Shown: in pieces, positions 24,927-36,932 of the stretch | Layout: the number at the start of each line of letters is the position of its first letter | Numbering within the stretch: the first letter of the stretch is position 1 | Source: Thalia democratica | Lineage: Eukaryota | DNA length: 64,000 bases | Direction of reading: 5' to 3' | NCBI GenBank assembly: GCA_965202585.1 | Contig: OZ241828.1 | Location: 54,622,001-54,686,000 of the forward strand | The notes under the pieces: model-generated | The model's database searches: none | What the model saw: only the letters and a program-made list of their open reading frames with translations | Told to the model about the DNA's origin: nothing | Position numbers and translations under genes: made by a program

Positions 24927-25527
24927 CAGGGGTCGGCAAACTGCGGCCCGCAGGCCAACTGTGGCCCTCGAAGTGTAAATCTGCGTCCCGTGAGCATTTA
25001 AATGGAATGTGGCCCGCGAAAAAAAAGCTGCGACCTGCGAGCATGTAAATGTGGCCCTCGAACATGTAAATTTGGCCCGCTAAACAAAACTATGGGTGCA
25101 CGACAATTCAAATTCCGACATTTCAAGTTCTTTTTAAAAAATTGAAAAGGCCACAACTAAAAAAGTAATGCACATTTGTCAAATATAAAAAATACATATG
25201 TAGGTCCTATTAATATCTACGAGCCATTTTTTTCTTTCTGCAAAACATTAAATATTTTTTCAGTTATGGCTTTAATAAAGCAAAAAACATAGTTGTTTTT
25301 AGTAACTTTAAAATAGCTTTAAAAATACTTAAGATTTTTGAAAAAAAGAAAAAGTGGATTGAAGATTTTAATAAGATCTACATATACGTTTTTTTTTTTT
25401 AATTTATATCAAGTTTTGAGAAATAGTCTTTTAAATTTTTATTTAAAAATTTGAATTGTCGGAATTTGAGTTGTCCGAATTTAAATTGTCATGTAGCCCG
25501 CGAGAACCAATTGCCTGCCGACCCCTG
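24927..25527. mobile_element. hAT (Charlie/Buster-like) MITE
   Basis: TIRs CAGGGGTCGGCA / TGCCGACCCCTG; exact 8-bp TSD ATCTAAAA (24919-24926, 25528-25535). Confidence 0.92.
25094..25499. mobile_element. Mutator-like MITE nested in the hAT MITE
   Basis: Ends gggtgcacgacaattcaaattccgac / gtccgaatttaaattgtcatgtagccc; same family as 35126-35549; TSD not intact here. Confidence 0.75.
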
Positions 25528-27174
25528 ATCTAAAACAACTATAAATATTAAGTAAAAGCATCATATATGTACTTTAAAATTCATGAAATTGAAATAAATA
25601 ATAAAGACTTTAAGTTTTTTATTAAAACTATGTTTTATACATAGCTTTAAAAAATTAAGTAAATAAAGTTATTTGTCAAACTAGATAGTTAAACGTTACT
25701 TAGCTACAAATAATATTTTAACAATTTAAAAAAAACAAACACATTTTAAGAACCTTTTTTATTTTTTTATCCAGTTTAAGTACTAAAACAAAACTACAAA
25801 ACATAATGTTAATAAAATATTTTTACTTCAAAAATGTTTATGTTTTAGATGCACAGGTTTAAAATAGCAGCATATAAATTTAATTTTGCTAAAATTTAAT
25901 TCTGTTTAAATTCTGGTTTAATTCTGCTAAAATAGCAGCATATAAAAACTAACAATTTTTTTTTTAATAATCGTTAAAACTTAAAAAATATGTAGTTTAT
26001 AAAATAAATACTATAGTATGCTAAATTTTGATTAAATTACGGGTGTCTTACTGCATAAAAATTGTTTATTTCACTTATACTAAATACAATCTTATTTTAT
26101 TTAACTTTGACTTTGTAAAACTTGCTAACCGATTTTAAAAGAAATTCGTAATATGATTAAATTTCCCCTAATAATTATTGAAAGATATCTATCGTCCGTA
26201 CTTATAATTAGAATTTAACTTTCTCAAAAACTGTTTGTTTTATTTTTTATAAAATAATAAACATTAAGTCCCTGGATAAAATCAAAATTAAGTTCATTCA
26301 ATAAAGTTTAAGTATGGAATATTTAATGATTTTTTCTTACTTTCAAGTTCTTTTATATAAAGTAGCTTATGTAAAACAGGCTTGTGTAAAAATTCAGTTG
26401 AGTAGTTTTCCTAATCTCTGTTAGTTTTTTTTTTAAGTGTTATTTTTCTTTAATATGTTTGAAATTTTTTATTAAAAAAATTTTTTTTTTACTATTACTT
26501 TAAGTTTACAAAAAGTAAAGTATGACGCAATTTGACATTTACACCATAACATAAACAGCGGTGTATCAGGGTCAACAGCTTTTTATAAGCAAGGGTCTAA
26601 CTTTACTTATCAAAATGCTTAGAGGCCGAACTATACATTAAATAGTCGTCCGCGGACCGCTTTTATTAATATTAGTTCTTATAATCAACTAAAAATACCA
26701 AAAGTTTGATTAAATCTTTGTTAATTACGAATTTGAAATAACTTTTTATTACATTAAGAGCCTAATCGTAAGTTTTTGTCACGAAAACCTTTTAATTATT
26801 TTCCCTGAAAAGTATTTTAACTGAAAACTATACCATAGTTTTCAGTTTCCTTTATTATTTTGCAACTATCAGAAGCTCCCGGGAAAGAATGCAATCTTAG
26901 TTTTGATTTGATAAATAGTTTTCAGTTAGGCTCAGTTATAATTTCATATTGATAAAAATTTCAGCGCTTCATTTAGTCTTGTTTTAAATGGTATAGTACT
27001 CACCTACAAACTAAATTTAAGATCTTTTTTCATTAAAAATTTAGAATTTGGTATTAAAAACTATTTTTTTTTGATAACACGATAAACCTCTGAAAACTTA
27101 AAAAAAAAGAAAAAAAAAAAGACTCTATGGGATCCAAACGACAAGCTACTCAAAACTGACATACTTTCAATGGG

Positions 27175-27560
27175 TAAGTGTCAGTAATGCACGAAGGTAC
27201 CCTTTTGCACGTCGTCTTTTTTGCACGAAAGGTCACAATTGCACGGAGGGTCAGTTTTGCACAAGTAACGTTTTGCACGAAGCGGAAAGTAAGCGAAAAA
27301 AGCTAACCGACCGAGGGTAAAGATTAGGGGTAACAGTAAAATTTAAAAAAAAAAGAAAATTACTGACCAAAGATAAGGGTTATTGGTAACAGTAAAAGTA
27401 AAAAACTAGCAAAAAATAAAAAAAAGTTTGACCAGTGCGAAATTTCTTCATGAGAAAGAGACATTTCGTGCATAAGTGACTTCGTGCAAAAGTGACTTTT
27501 CGTGTAAAAGTGACCATTTGTGCGAAATAAATTTGTCTCGACTTTCAAAAGCACCCAGTT
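27175..27560 (+). mobile_element. TGCACG-array foldback MITE
   Basis: tgcacg arrays, gagggtaaagattaggggtaacagt core; paralogous to 43105-43395. Confidence 0.7.
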
Positions 27561-28207
27561 CTAAATAAGATTCAATCGCACTGTTCTTTAATTTCAGTAG
27601 CTAATTAAACTTAAAAATAATTGTTTACGTTTCAGTCATTGATTATTAACCTGACATGTCAAATAACGAGAATATTACAAACCTTAAAAAAACTTTGTGT
27701 ATCTTTTTTGTTGTTTTTATTTCTTCTAAATTTTATTTAAAAGTGTTATGAACTGTTTGAAAATTAATATATTTATTAACGCTTGATTCAAAGTAGAAGT
27801 TTTTTATAGTGTTTTTCTTTTTAAGTAAAAAAAATATAAAGTGTATGTCTTAAAATAAGAATACTTAGTAATGTCTAAATTCATTACAATTCAAATCATA
27901 AATATAAACATAAGTATTATTTGAAAATAGATACACTTTATTTTTTTTAATTAATCTATTTGAGCTTACTGTATTTTGCTTATAACTGATATAACTGGTT
28001 ATCTAACTTAAAGCAGTTTTCTTTGGTTTTTCAGTAAAAAATTAACATTCAATGAGTAAACTTGTTGTAATACAACTTATTAACATTTCATTCTGTTAGC
28101 TGCTCACAGGTTTTATATATAAAATAGTCCTTTTTATATGAGACCTAAATTTTTACAAAATTTTAGTTTGTTATGATTAACTTTTTTTCATGTTTTACTT
28201 TAAGGTA

Positions 28208-29064
28208 ATGATGTTTTCATACAATATGATTTTGGTCTCCGCTATGTTTCTTCTGCTGTTGCGCTCATCCACAGTAATGTCGGCAACTCCGACCCGTGAA
28301 GGTCCTCAAAAGAAGAAAATTACGACGAATGTGACGTCATAAGAAAGTTGGTTGGGAACGCTTCCGGAGTTAAGCAGTCGTTCGAAAACTACGACAAGAT
28401 CCAAAGTCTTTTTTCTGCTGATGGCCTCGAAATTAAAGCTGAATATCGACTTACATCCGACCAGGTTGATGAAAAGATAATCATTCCGAAGAAAGTTACT
28501 GAAGATCCCAAGTTCATATTTCTTGTCTACAGCCTTTTCGATGATATTATAGATTACAAATTGTCCTGTATAGGTGAATCTTGTTACACGTGTGAAGAAA
28601 GGTTTAAAATGTTAAAATGTCCAATTAAATTTGAAGATAAGTACTACGAGAAAATCGGCCCTTTTGATACACTTATTATGACAGCGTTGGAGAAGCTAAT
28701 TGACAAAGCTATAGTTACCAGTTTCCAAAGAGACGACTGTATACTCAGAGAATATTAAAGTTTTCCACTTAAACCTTGGTGTAAAGAGAAAATCAGCGCA
28801 TACGACTACTTTTCCACCTCTAGGATGTATTACAATCAGTTCTCAAACGTGACTATTGAAATGAAGTTTGACCTTTGCGAAAAGTCTGATTCTTCAAAGT
28901 GGTGCAAGTTTAGATTGGCTATTCTTTCTGATACGACAAAAGCTCCATATTCGATCACTAGATGGCGCAAACCTGCCATTCACACTTTGGTAGATCCGGT
29001 CAACGGCATGAAGATTGATTTTCTGAAAGATCCGAACGGCAAAAAGAAGCATGATGAATTTTGA
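28208..29064 (+). pseudogene. Orphan ER-luminal-type gene (signal peptide + C-terminal HDEF), copy A, disrupted
   Basis: Reconstructs to ~285 aa against copy B; -1 frameshift in the A run at 28308-28311 and TAA at 28756-28758 (TAT in copy B); joins track ORFs 28348-28758 and 28825-29064, which share a frame. Confidence 0.8.
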
Positions 29065-30892
29065 GCTTTTTTTTTACTGTGCTCCATTGTTTTTGTTTTG
29101 GTTGTTAAATGGTTTAGTTTCTAAACTGTGTTGTGTTGAGGATTTTGCTGAGTTTTTTTCTACTGCGTTTAAAATATTAAGTTTGTGTTGTAACGAAAGC
29201 AGCTCGATTAATAAATAATTTGTAAGTTAAAGTTGCAAGGTTAGTGGCAAATTTGCTATACTTAAATAATATTTAAGACTGAGTAACCTAGTATGCTTAA
29301 TATTTAAATTAAGTTATTGGTTATTTATGATCTTCACACTGACCTAGTAAGCTTACAAAAAATTGAACATTGTTATAGTCTAATAAAACTTTGCTAAAGC
29401 AAATCTTGAGGAATTCAAAGTTGCAGTATTGTATGTACGTTTATTAGAATGCTAGTTTAAGTGTTTTGTATTCAGATCCAACCTCTAACAGTTCAGATGC
29501 AATACTATGCATTAGTTTGAATTGTGTCGTAGCTAAAAATTGAGGTAATTCAAGTATTTTACTTACTATTTTATTGTTTTTATGTCAAATTCATGTTTAT
29601 AACTTACAAAACAAAAATTAAAAAAAAAGAGTTGTAGACTTAAAATATAGTTTTGTTAGAAACTAGGATAAATGAATATATTAACCGAATAATTATCTAA
29701 GTAACTTTTAAAAGCAGCAAAATATTTATGTCATACGTTGACTTCATAATACAAACAATGAACTTCTATTTAAAAAAATGTAACTAAATAATTTAAGTTT
29801 TAGTACATACTATTACAAGATAAAACCCAGTTATTATAGCCGAACATTACTTTTATATGACGTTAATTCAAGACGGATAATTTTTTATTCAGTACTCAGA
29901 ACTTTTTAATTTTGGCAATCTGGCAACTCTTCTTTCGCCTAATTTTTTAATACTTAAATAATGACTAGAATGGATTATAAAACATAAGATTCAATACAGT
30001 TGTTAAATACATAAATTGATACTTATTACACACATTACTAACAATTTCTTTACTAACTCAAACAAACATGATTAGAAAACGTAAAAATCCGCTTTGCAAA
30101 AAATATTTTCCTAATGTGAAACTGATCCATTGAAATACTTACTTAATTATTTTTATTCCGATTGTTAAACCGCTAGACTTACTAAAGCTTTGTTTATAAC
30201 GACTCTGTTTTATACAGATTTATATTTGAAAGTAACATTTTGGCTCTTAAGTCCAGATTGTAGTAGTTAGAAGGTCAGTAATGTTAATACTGCTTATCTA
30301 TTAGTCATCTTATCTATAAAATGAGGCATCAATTTCAGGAAGTATAAAATAATTTACATTTGATATGATTTATGAGATATATATTATATACCTATATTGA
30401 TAAATACTTAGTTAGTTTTGTATATTTTTCAAAATTTTTTGCAACAAGTTTAAATTTGATAAATTTGAATTAGATAGCTTTCTTAACTATTTGTTTATAC
30501 TTCACAGCTTTTAGTTTTAAATTTTAGGCTTAAGTTGTAGATATTTTTTTAAACTTTAATAAAATAGTATTGTACTGTACTGTAAAATAGTATTGTACTT
30601 TCATTAATTGCCATACTTTTTTGTTGACTTTGTTGTTTTTTTTTCTTTTTACTAACTTATTATAGCAGAAAGGGTCTTTTTTAAGTTTTCAACTTAGACA
30701 AAATGTTACAAAAGTTTAAATCTAATTTTGAATATTGTTTTTATATAAATATTAGGTTTTTTTAAGACTGTTATCTTTTAGTGAAGATATATTTTCAAGT
30801 TTTTACCTAACAGTTATTACCATTTTCATTGTACTAAAAGTTATTACTTTGATTTTTGCTTTTAAAATAAAATGTATAAAAATTATTTAAAA

Positions 30893-31290
30893 CAGGGTTC
30901 CCATTTTACCTAAAAAAAAACCTTGAGTTTGACAATTTGGGCAAAATAAAACCTGGAAAAACCTTGAATTTCAGAAATTTTGAAAAAAAGCCTGGAATTT
31001 TGAACAAGAAACATGGATAAACCTGGAATTTTAACAAATTTAAATTGTTCATTAGTAAAATTTCGGTTTGACAAAAAAAAATTATTGCATTGATAAAAAT
31101 TTTTGTCATCATCAAAATATTTTTTATTAAAAAAATAAAGTTTAAAGTAGCTTTACAGTATATTTTAAAACACAGTTTTCTTAGTTTAAAGTAAATTTAA
31201 CTAAAAAAACCCAATAACGTGTACTTTTAAAAACCTGTAAGAAATTTGGAAAACCTGGAAATTTTTTTTTTTTAATGAGTGGCAACCCTG
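30893..31290. mobile_element. TIR MITE (CAGGGTT...AACCCTG ends), superfamily uncertain
   Basis: cagggttccca / tggcaaccctg termini, internal aaacctggaa repeats, flanked by ttaaaa on both sides; absent from duplicate B. Confidence 0.7.
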
Positions 31291-31565
31291 TTAAAAGTAA
31301 AAAAAATCAATTTTAATAGAAAGTGAAACATGATATCTAGATTAATTTTTACAAAAACTAAATTCAATTTAAAACTAATCAATTTTTCTTAGCATTTAAA
31401 TTTTTTAGTGTCTCGAAAAATAGTAAATAAATATAAAAACATATTTAAAATAGTACTTTTCCAATAAATTATTTAAAAGCCCTTTAAGTGAGCTCTGTAG
31501 AAGGTGTTCAAGTTTGAATAATAACCTTACTTTATATAAACATATTTAAATATATATATAATATA

Positions 31566-32256
31566 GGAACGGGTCTAAATTGCACAAAGCCAAATTCGCG
31601 CAAAGCCAAAATTGCACGAGCGCACAAAATAGCACGAGAAAACAAAATTGCACGAAGACGATCCTGCACCCAGGGTCAATTTTGCACGAGTTACATATTT
31701 GCACGTGAGTAAAAGATAAAAATAAAAATTAAACAAAAAAAACAAACTAAAAATTAATCTAAAAAAAAGTTACTGACCGGGGGTAAGGGTTAGGGGTAAC
31801 AGTGATAATAAAAAAAAAAACTAATAGAAAAAAATAAATAAATTATTTTATAGAAAAAAAGAGCTACCGACTGAGGGTAAGGCTTAGGGGTAACAGTGAT
31901 AGTAAAAAAATAAATAAATAAAATAAAAAATTAAAAAAATTAAAACAAAAAAATTTAATAAATTGATTTTTAACAAAAAAAAAACTTACCGAACGAGGGT
32001 AAGGGTTAGGGGTAACAGTGATAGTAAAAAAGTTAAAAAAAATATTCCGTGCAAAGTTGTCTCCGTGCAAAATCGTCTGCTAGTGTTAAAGTGTATTCGC
32101 GCAAAAGTAACCCTTCGTGCAAAAGTGTTCTCGTTCAATTCTATCTTCGTGCAACTTTATCCCCTTTTGCAAAAGTATCTTCGTGCAACTTTGCAAATTC
32201 GTGCAGTTTTGTCCCCTCGTGCAACTTTGTACGCTTGTATAATTTAGACAGCTACA
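31566..32256 (+). mobile_element. TGCACG-array foldback MITE with three telomere-like cores
   Basis: gtctaaattgcac / aatttagacagc ends; three gggtaagg(g/c)ttaggggtaacagtgata units. Confidence 0.8.
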
Positions 32257-32641
32257 CATATAGTATATAGGCTTAGAAAAGGTTAAATTAAAAAAAAAAA
32301 TTAAATTAATCGTGTTTGTGGCTTAATTTTACTTTGTTTTAATACTTAGTCAGTTTAAATTTTGCTAAAAAAAAATTTTAATACTGGATGCATATATTTT
32401 CTTGTTTAGTGTTATGTTCTTGTCTATATAACCTTTTCTAAACTTTCCAAAATGCATATATTAACAAGTTCAGAGTCTTTTTCAAACTCAGCTTACTATA
32501 CAATAGTTTTTATTATTACTACGTCATAATTGATATAAAAAAATTTAAGTTCTAAATTTCTGTTTAACATTGTAAATAAACTTAGGCTTACTGATGAATA
32601 TACGAGATTTTTTAACTCGTATACGAAACGGTCGTCTAAAC

Positions 32642-32994
32642 CATTGGTCGTCAAGCTAATCAAATTCTGTGTAGACCAAAATGAAAAAAAAATCGGTGCA
32701 CCTCAAGATCTAATTTTAATAAGTGCCGCTAGTGGTGTCACTACGTAAACACTTTTACTAATGCATCTCCGCAATCACTTCAAAATTCCCAGTACAGTAC
32801 TCTTAAAATGTTTTGTTTAATACTAACATGTCGCTTAAACTAGATAAATGTTATAATAAAAACTAAACTTTTTTTTGTAGTCTAAAAATTTTGTGCACCC
32901 CTAAATGAGTTTTGTGTACCCTAAAAGTTTCGTGCAGTCCAAAATAAATTTCGTGCACAATAGTGTGCACCAGTGTACACATTGACGACCACTG
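32642..32994. mobile_element. hAT MITE
   Basis: TIRs cattggtcgtcaa / ttgacgaccactg; exact 8-bp TSD GTCTAAAC. Confidence 0.9.
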
Positions 32995-33389
32995 GTCTAA
33001 ACTATTGTTTTTATATAATTAGATAAAAATTTAGCTCCAATTTAATTTGTCTAGCACTATCGACCAGAACTTTTTATAAAATTTTTAATATATATTCACA
33101 GTTGGCTTTTGCGTGCTTTTACGTTTTAAAATTTATATATTTTATTTTAAAGATTTCTCTAAAACTAGGTGTTGTAAATTCTGAGTAACTACTTGATTTT
33201 TTTAATAACATTTAGTTCCAGTAACAATTTCGAAACTTTTTCTCAACTTAAATTATAAATTACAATTAAAAAGTTAGACGTCCAATTAGTTTTTTGTTTT
33301 TTTTCAAATGTTATAGCTCAATTTTTTGTATTTTTGCTTTTTAATGGAATTTAGTTTAGCGCTTTTATATTTATATTTATTTTTTATAC

Positions 33390-33535
33390 TCTCGTGCAAA
33401 AATGACACTAATGCTTAAGCGACCCACCGTGAATAAGTGTCTTCGTACGAAATGTCCCATAGCGTAAATGGTCACTTCGGGCATAGATTACCATTTTCGA
33501 AAATATGAACTCGTACATATTAGACCCATTCCAAC
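33390..33535 (-). mobile_element. Remnant end of TGCACG MITE, paralogous to the end of 48045-48552
   Basis: ctctcgtgcaaaaa...gtcttcgtacgaaa...catattagacccattcc aligns with 48420-48552. Confidence 0.55.
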
Positions 33536-33723
33536 ATTGAATAGTTAAATTTATAATTAAAGACATTCTATAAAGACAAAAAAAGCTTATAAAAGAATTA
33601 ACTTAAGCTGTTTATACTAGCATTTATTATTCTATTAAAACAAATGAAAAAATATTGTTAAATTTTAACAGATTTTAACCTCATATTAAAACAATGACAA
33701 AAATTTATTTTTTGTTTTTGCTT

Positions 33724-34865
33724 ATGGTGTATACAGTATATGGAACTGTTGTTGAATCCTCATCTACAAGTTAGTTTTTTATTAATGATATTTACCAAAA
33801 AAAATTCTAGCTTTAATTTACTGATTAAGTACAACTACATTAATCTGCTATCTAGGTACGCACTTGCTAGGTACAAACTGCCGGTATGGTACGCATTTCT
33901 TAGCTAAAAACGCTGTGTACAAAATGCAATTTTCATTTTGATTTTTAAATAAAAAATAGAATTTCAATGTAGTAATAAAAAAACATTATATTTAAAAAAA
34001 AAGGTTGTGCTGTATCGGATTAAAGTAATTAACAATTATGTTAACAAAACAATATAATTGATGTTCAAGTTTTTCAAACGTTTTGATAAGTAAGTAATTT
34101 CAAATTTTTATACGATTTATATACAATAAAAGTTACTCTTATTCAGATTTGGAAAATATTAACAAAGATAGTTGGAAGTACAATCTTCAACTGATGAAAG
34201 AAACTTCTGATGAGTTTAAGTTCGTAAAAGAATTTTATTACACAACTACGACAAGACACTACGGCAAGACTTTAAAACTTTTTCAAATATACAAAGTCAT
34301 CGAGCAAAACAAAAAGGCAACAGACAATGTAAAAAGCAGCAACTTAATGTTGTTTCATGGTACTAGTAAAAAAGGTGTAGCTGGTATTTTAGAAACTGGT
34401 TACATAAACTCTGTTATGGGTGATTTCGGAAGAGGCGTGTACCTAACCGAAAGTTCTGACTTGGCGTCTATATATTCCGGCGGAAGAAGATCTGAAGAAA
34501 GTAATATACACTCCATGTTTGTCAATGAAATTCTCGAGTCACAAAAATTGCAAACAGTTTTTCACGAAAACTTAAGTTTTATATATGGCGGTAGTTCCAT
34601 GTATAGATTGGAATTTATAAGGCTCGTAGATAAATCACATGACGTTGAATTTACAAAATACGTAAACAAATTAAACTTGGAAATCAGTGAAGAGCAGTAC
34701 ACGAAAGATCGTTTAGAAAAAGCTGAAGAAGAGTACAGAAGAGATCTTTTGGGAAGAAGATACAGAAATATGGCGATTGATCGGAAAAGTATAACAGATC
34801 ACTTTGTCGCAGATTGTCAAGTAACCATACCAAGGTACTTGATAAGTTACGAGCAGACTTGGTAA
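33724..34865 (+). CDS. Single-domain PARP-family (ARTD) ADP-ribosyltransferase, 254 aa; exons 33724-33769 and 34147-34865
   Basis: LFHGT (His), GDFGRGVYLTESSDLASIYS (Tyr), terminal IPRYLISY strand. First exon MVYTVYGTVVESSST+A|gttagt is conserved with its ATG and donor in duplicate B and is phase-compatible with acceptor cttattcag|AT. Confidence 0.9.
33836..33935 (+). mobile_element. Left-end remnant of Tc1/pogo-like MITE in the PARP intron
   Basis: Aligns with 48848-48925 in duplicate B; remainder missing. Confidence 0.55.
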
Positions 34866-35125
34866 AAAGCAGTGTTATGTTTACTGAACCGTTTAATATA
34901 ATTAAACAACAAAAAAGTTTATACGCTTCAGTTCTCAGTTGACATGACAACTACTATTAGAACTTTATGAACTCTGATTTCGAGCATAACTTATATTTTC
35001 CTAGGGTACACTTGTTCTTTATAGACAAAGTTTAAGAACATCATAGTTATTGTCTTTTATTTTGAAATAAAATTTCGTAACGCTTTACACTTTGTTTTTG
35101 ACATAATTCTTAAACTAAACCTTTT

Positions 35126-35549
35126 GGGTGCACGACTATTCAAATTCGGACAATTCAAATTCCGACAATTCAAATTCTTAATAAAAGATTAAAACGACTA
35201 AAAATAAAAAAGTAATGTGTATTTGACTTAAATAAAAAATGCATATGTAAATCATATTAATATCTACAGGCCATTTTTTTCTTTTTGCAAAACATTAAAT
35301 ATTTTTTGAGATATGGCTTATATAAAGTAAAAAACATAGTTATTTTTAGTAAATTTAAAATATCTTGAAAAGTATTTTAGATTTTGAAAAAAAGAAAAAA
35401 AATGGCTTTAGATATTATTAAGATCTACATATGTATTTTTTATTTTTTTCAAATTTATATTACTTATTGAGATATAGTGCTTTTAATATTTTTTTAAGAA
35501 TTTGAATTGTCGGAATTTGAGTTGTCCGAATTTGAATAGTCATGTAACC
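35126..35549. mobile_element. Mutator-like (MULE) MITE
   Basis: TIRs gggtgcacgactattcaaattcggac / gtccgaatttgaatagtcatgtaacc; exact 9-bp TSD AAACCTTTT; empty site in duplicate B near 51885. Confidence 0.88.
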
Positions 35550-35586
35550 AAACCTTTTAGAATATTATCATTACTACGGTCTACAA

Positions 35587-35922
35587 CAGGGTTTCCCAAA
35601 CTTTTTTGCAAATGGCCCCCTTTAAAGAAATTAAAAAAACCATGGCTTCTTCAACAAGATTACTCGTAAACTACCTTTTTTTTTTTGCTTTTCATCTACA
35701 ACTCGAGAATATCTAGTGTAAGTTTTTAAACTACCATAAAAAACCCCCAAGACCTTTTTTTTTTGCTCTTCATCTGCAACTCGAGAATATCTAATGTAAG
35801 TTTTAAATTACCCTGTGGCTCCTTTACTGCTCATGGACCCCTCTTACCCCTTTGCTGCTCGTGGCCCCCTGAGTATCTGTCATGGCCTCAAGGGGCCCAC
35901 TTGGCCCCTTTTGGAAACCCTG
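35587..35922. mobile_element. hAT MITE
   Basis: TIRs cagggtttcccaaa / tttggaaaccctg; exact 8-bp TSD GTCTACAA; absent from duplicate B. Confidence 0.9.
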
Positions 35923-36932
35923 GTCTACAACGTTGTTAGATTTTTGAACTTTTTTAACTTTCAAAGTTTTTATACAATTAATTTTTATAAACTTAAAGGA
36001 CTGTTAGAAAAAAAAAACTTAATATAAATCATTGAGCAATGTCAGTGTTAGTTTACAATGTTAAGTTCTTTTAAACATTAATTATTTTTTTGTTAAATAA
36101 CCAAAATTTAACTAGTGATGTACCGGACCAACAATTTCGGGTCCAGCCGGACCCGGATCCGGACTTTTTATTCAAATTAGAATCCGGCCGGAACCGGATC
36201 CGGATTTTTTTTCAAATTAAGATCCGGCCGGAACCGGACTCGAATATTTTTTTCAAATTAAAATCCGTTCGGATCCGGAGCCGGATTCTTAATACTCTAA
36301 GTTATTTGTAATGTAAGTAGTATAAAAACTACTATGTACGATAATGCAATTTTATATAACTAACTACTAACTAAGTATAATTGTGTGAAGTTTATTTTTT
36401 ATGTGTTATATCTAACTATATACATTTTGAATTCTGAAAAATTGTAGTTTAAAACAATTTTAGACTAAAAAATATTAATGTGCTTCTATAATAATTAAAT
36501 AATAAGAATGTTTATGATATGTTGCTAAGGTCTAGATAAGATTAACAGATAAAAATAGTAGCTGGTATGTTTGCTAATTTTCTGAACAATATTTAAATTT
36601 AAATTTTATTAAAATTGAAAGAACAAAAGAAAAACTTGAAATTGAAAGAACAGTAAAAAAACTTAAAATTCAAAGAACAATAAAAAACACTAAAATATGT
36701 TTTTTGCTAAACTTATAAACTTTCCATGATTTTTGGCAACCAGAATATCACCTAATATTAGCTAATAACAGGGTTGCTACTCTTTGATTCAAAAAAAACT
36801 AACTTGAGCGATTATAAACTTTCCTGAGTCAGAATGAGGTTTTGGAAAACCAAAAAAATAATTACTTTAAGCTAATAATCAGTAGAACAGCTAGCCACAA
36901 GGTTGAACATTTTAAGTAATGTTTACAATTAA

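Larger units (their letters stand above)
22384..25101 (+). repeat. Tandem duplication of a ~1.3-1.4 kb unit (22384-23677 and 23694-25101)
   Basis: Both units start ttattttagctaagtaacgttcaactatctagtttaacaaatg, carry a TGCACG MITE and a hAT left end, and stop at caaaactatgggtgcac. Confidence 0.92.

Noticed and set aside
26620-26665. GC-rich box ggccgaactatac...gtcgtccgcgg.ccgc conserved with 42570-42610
   Set aside because: Explained by the segmental duplication and resembles decayed hAT subterminal motifs; no evidence of an ncRNA.
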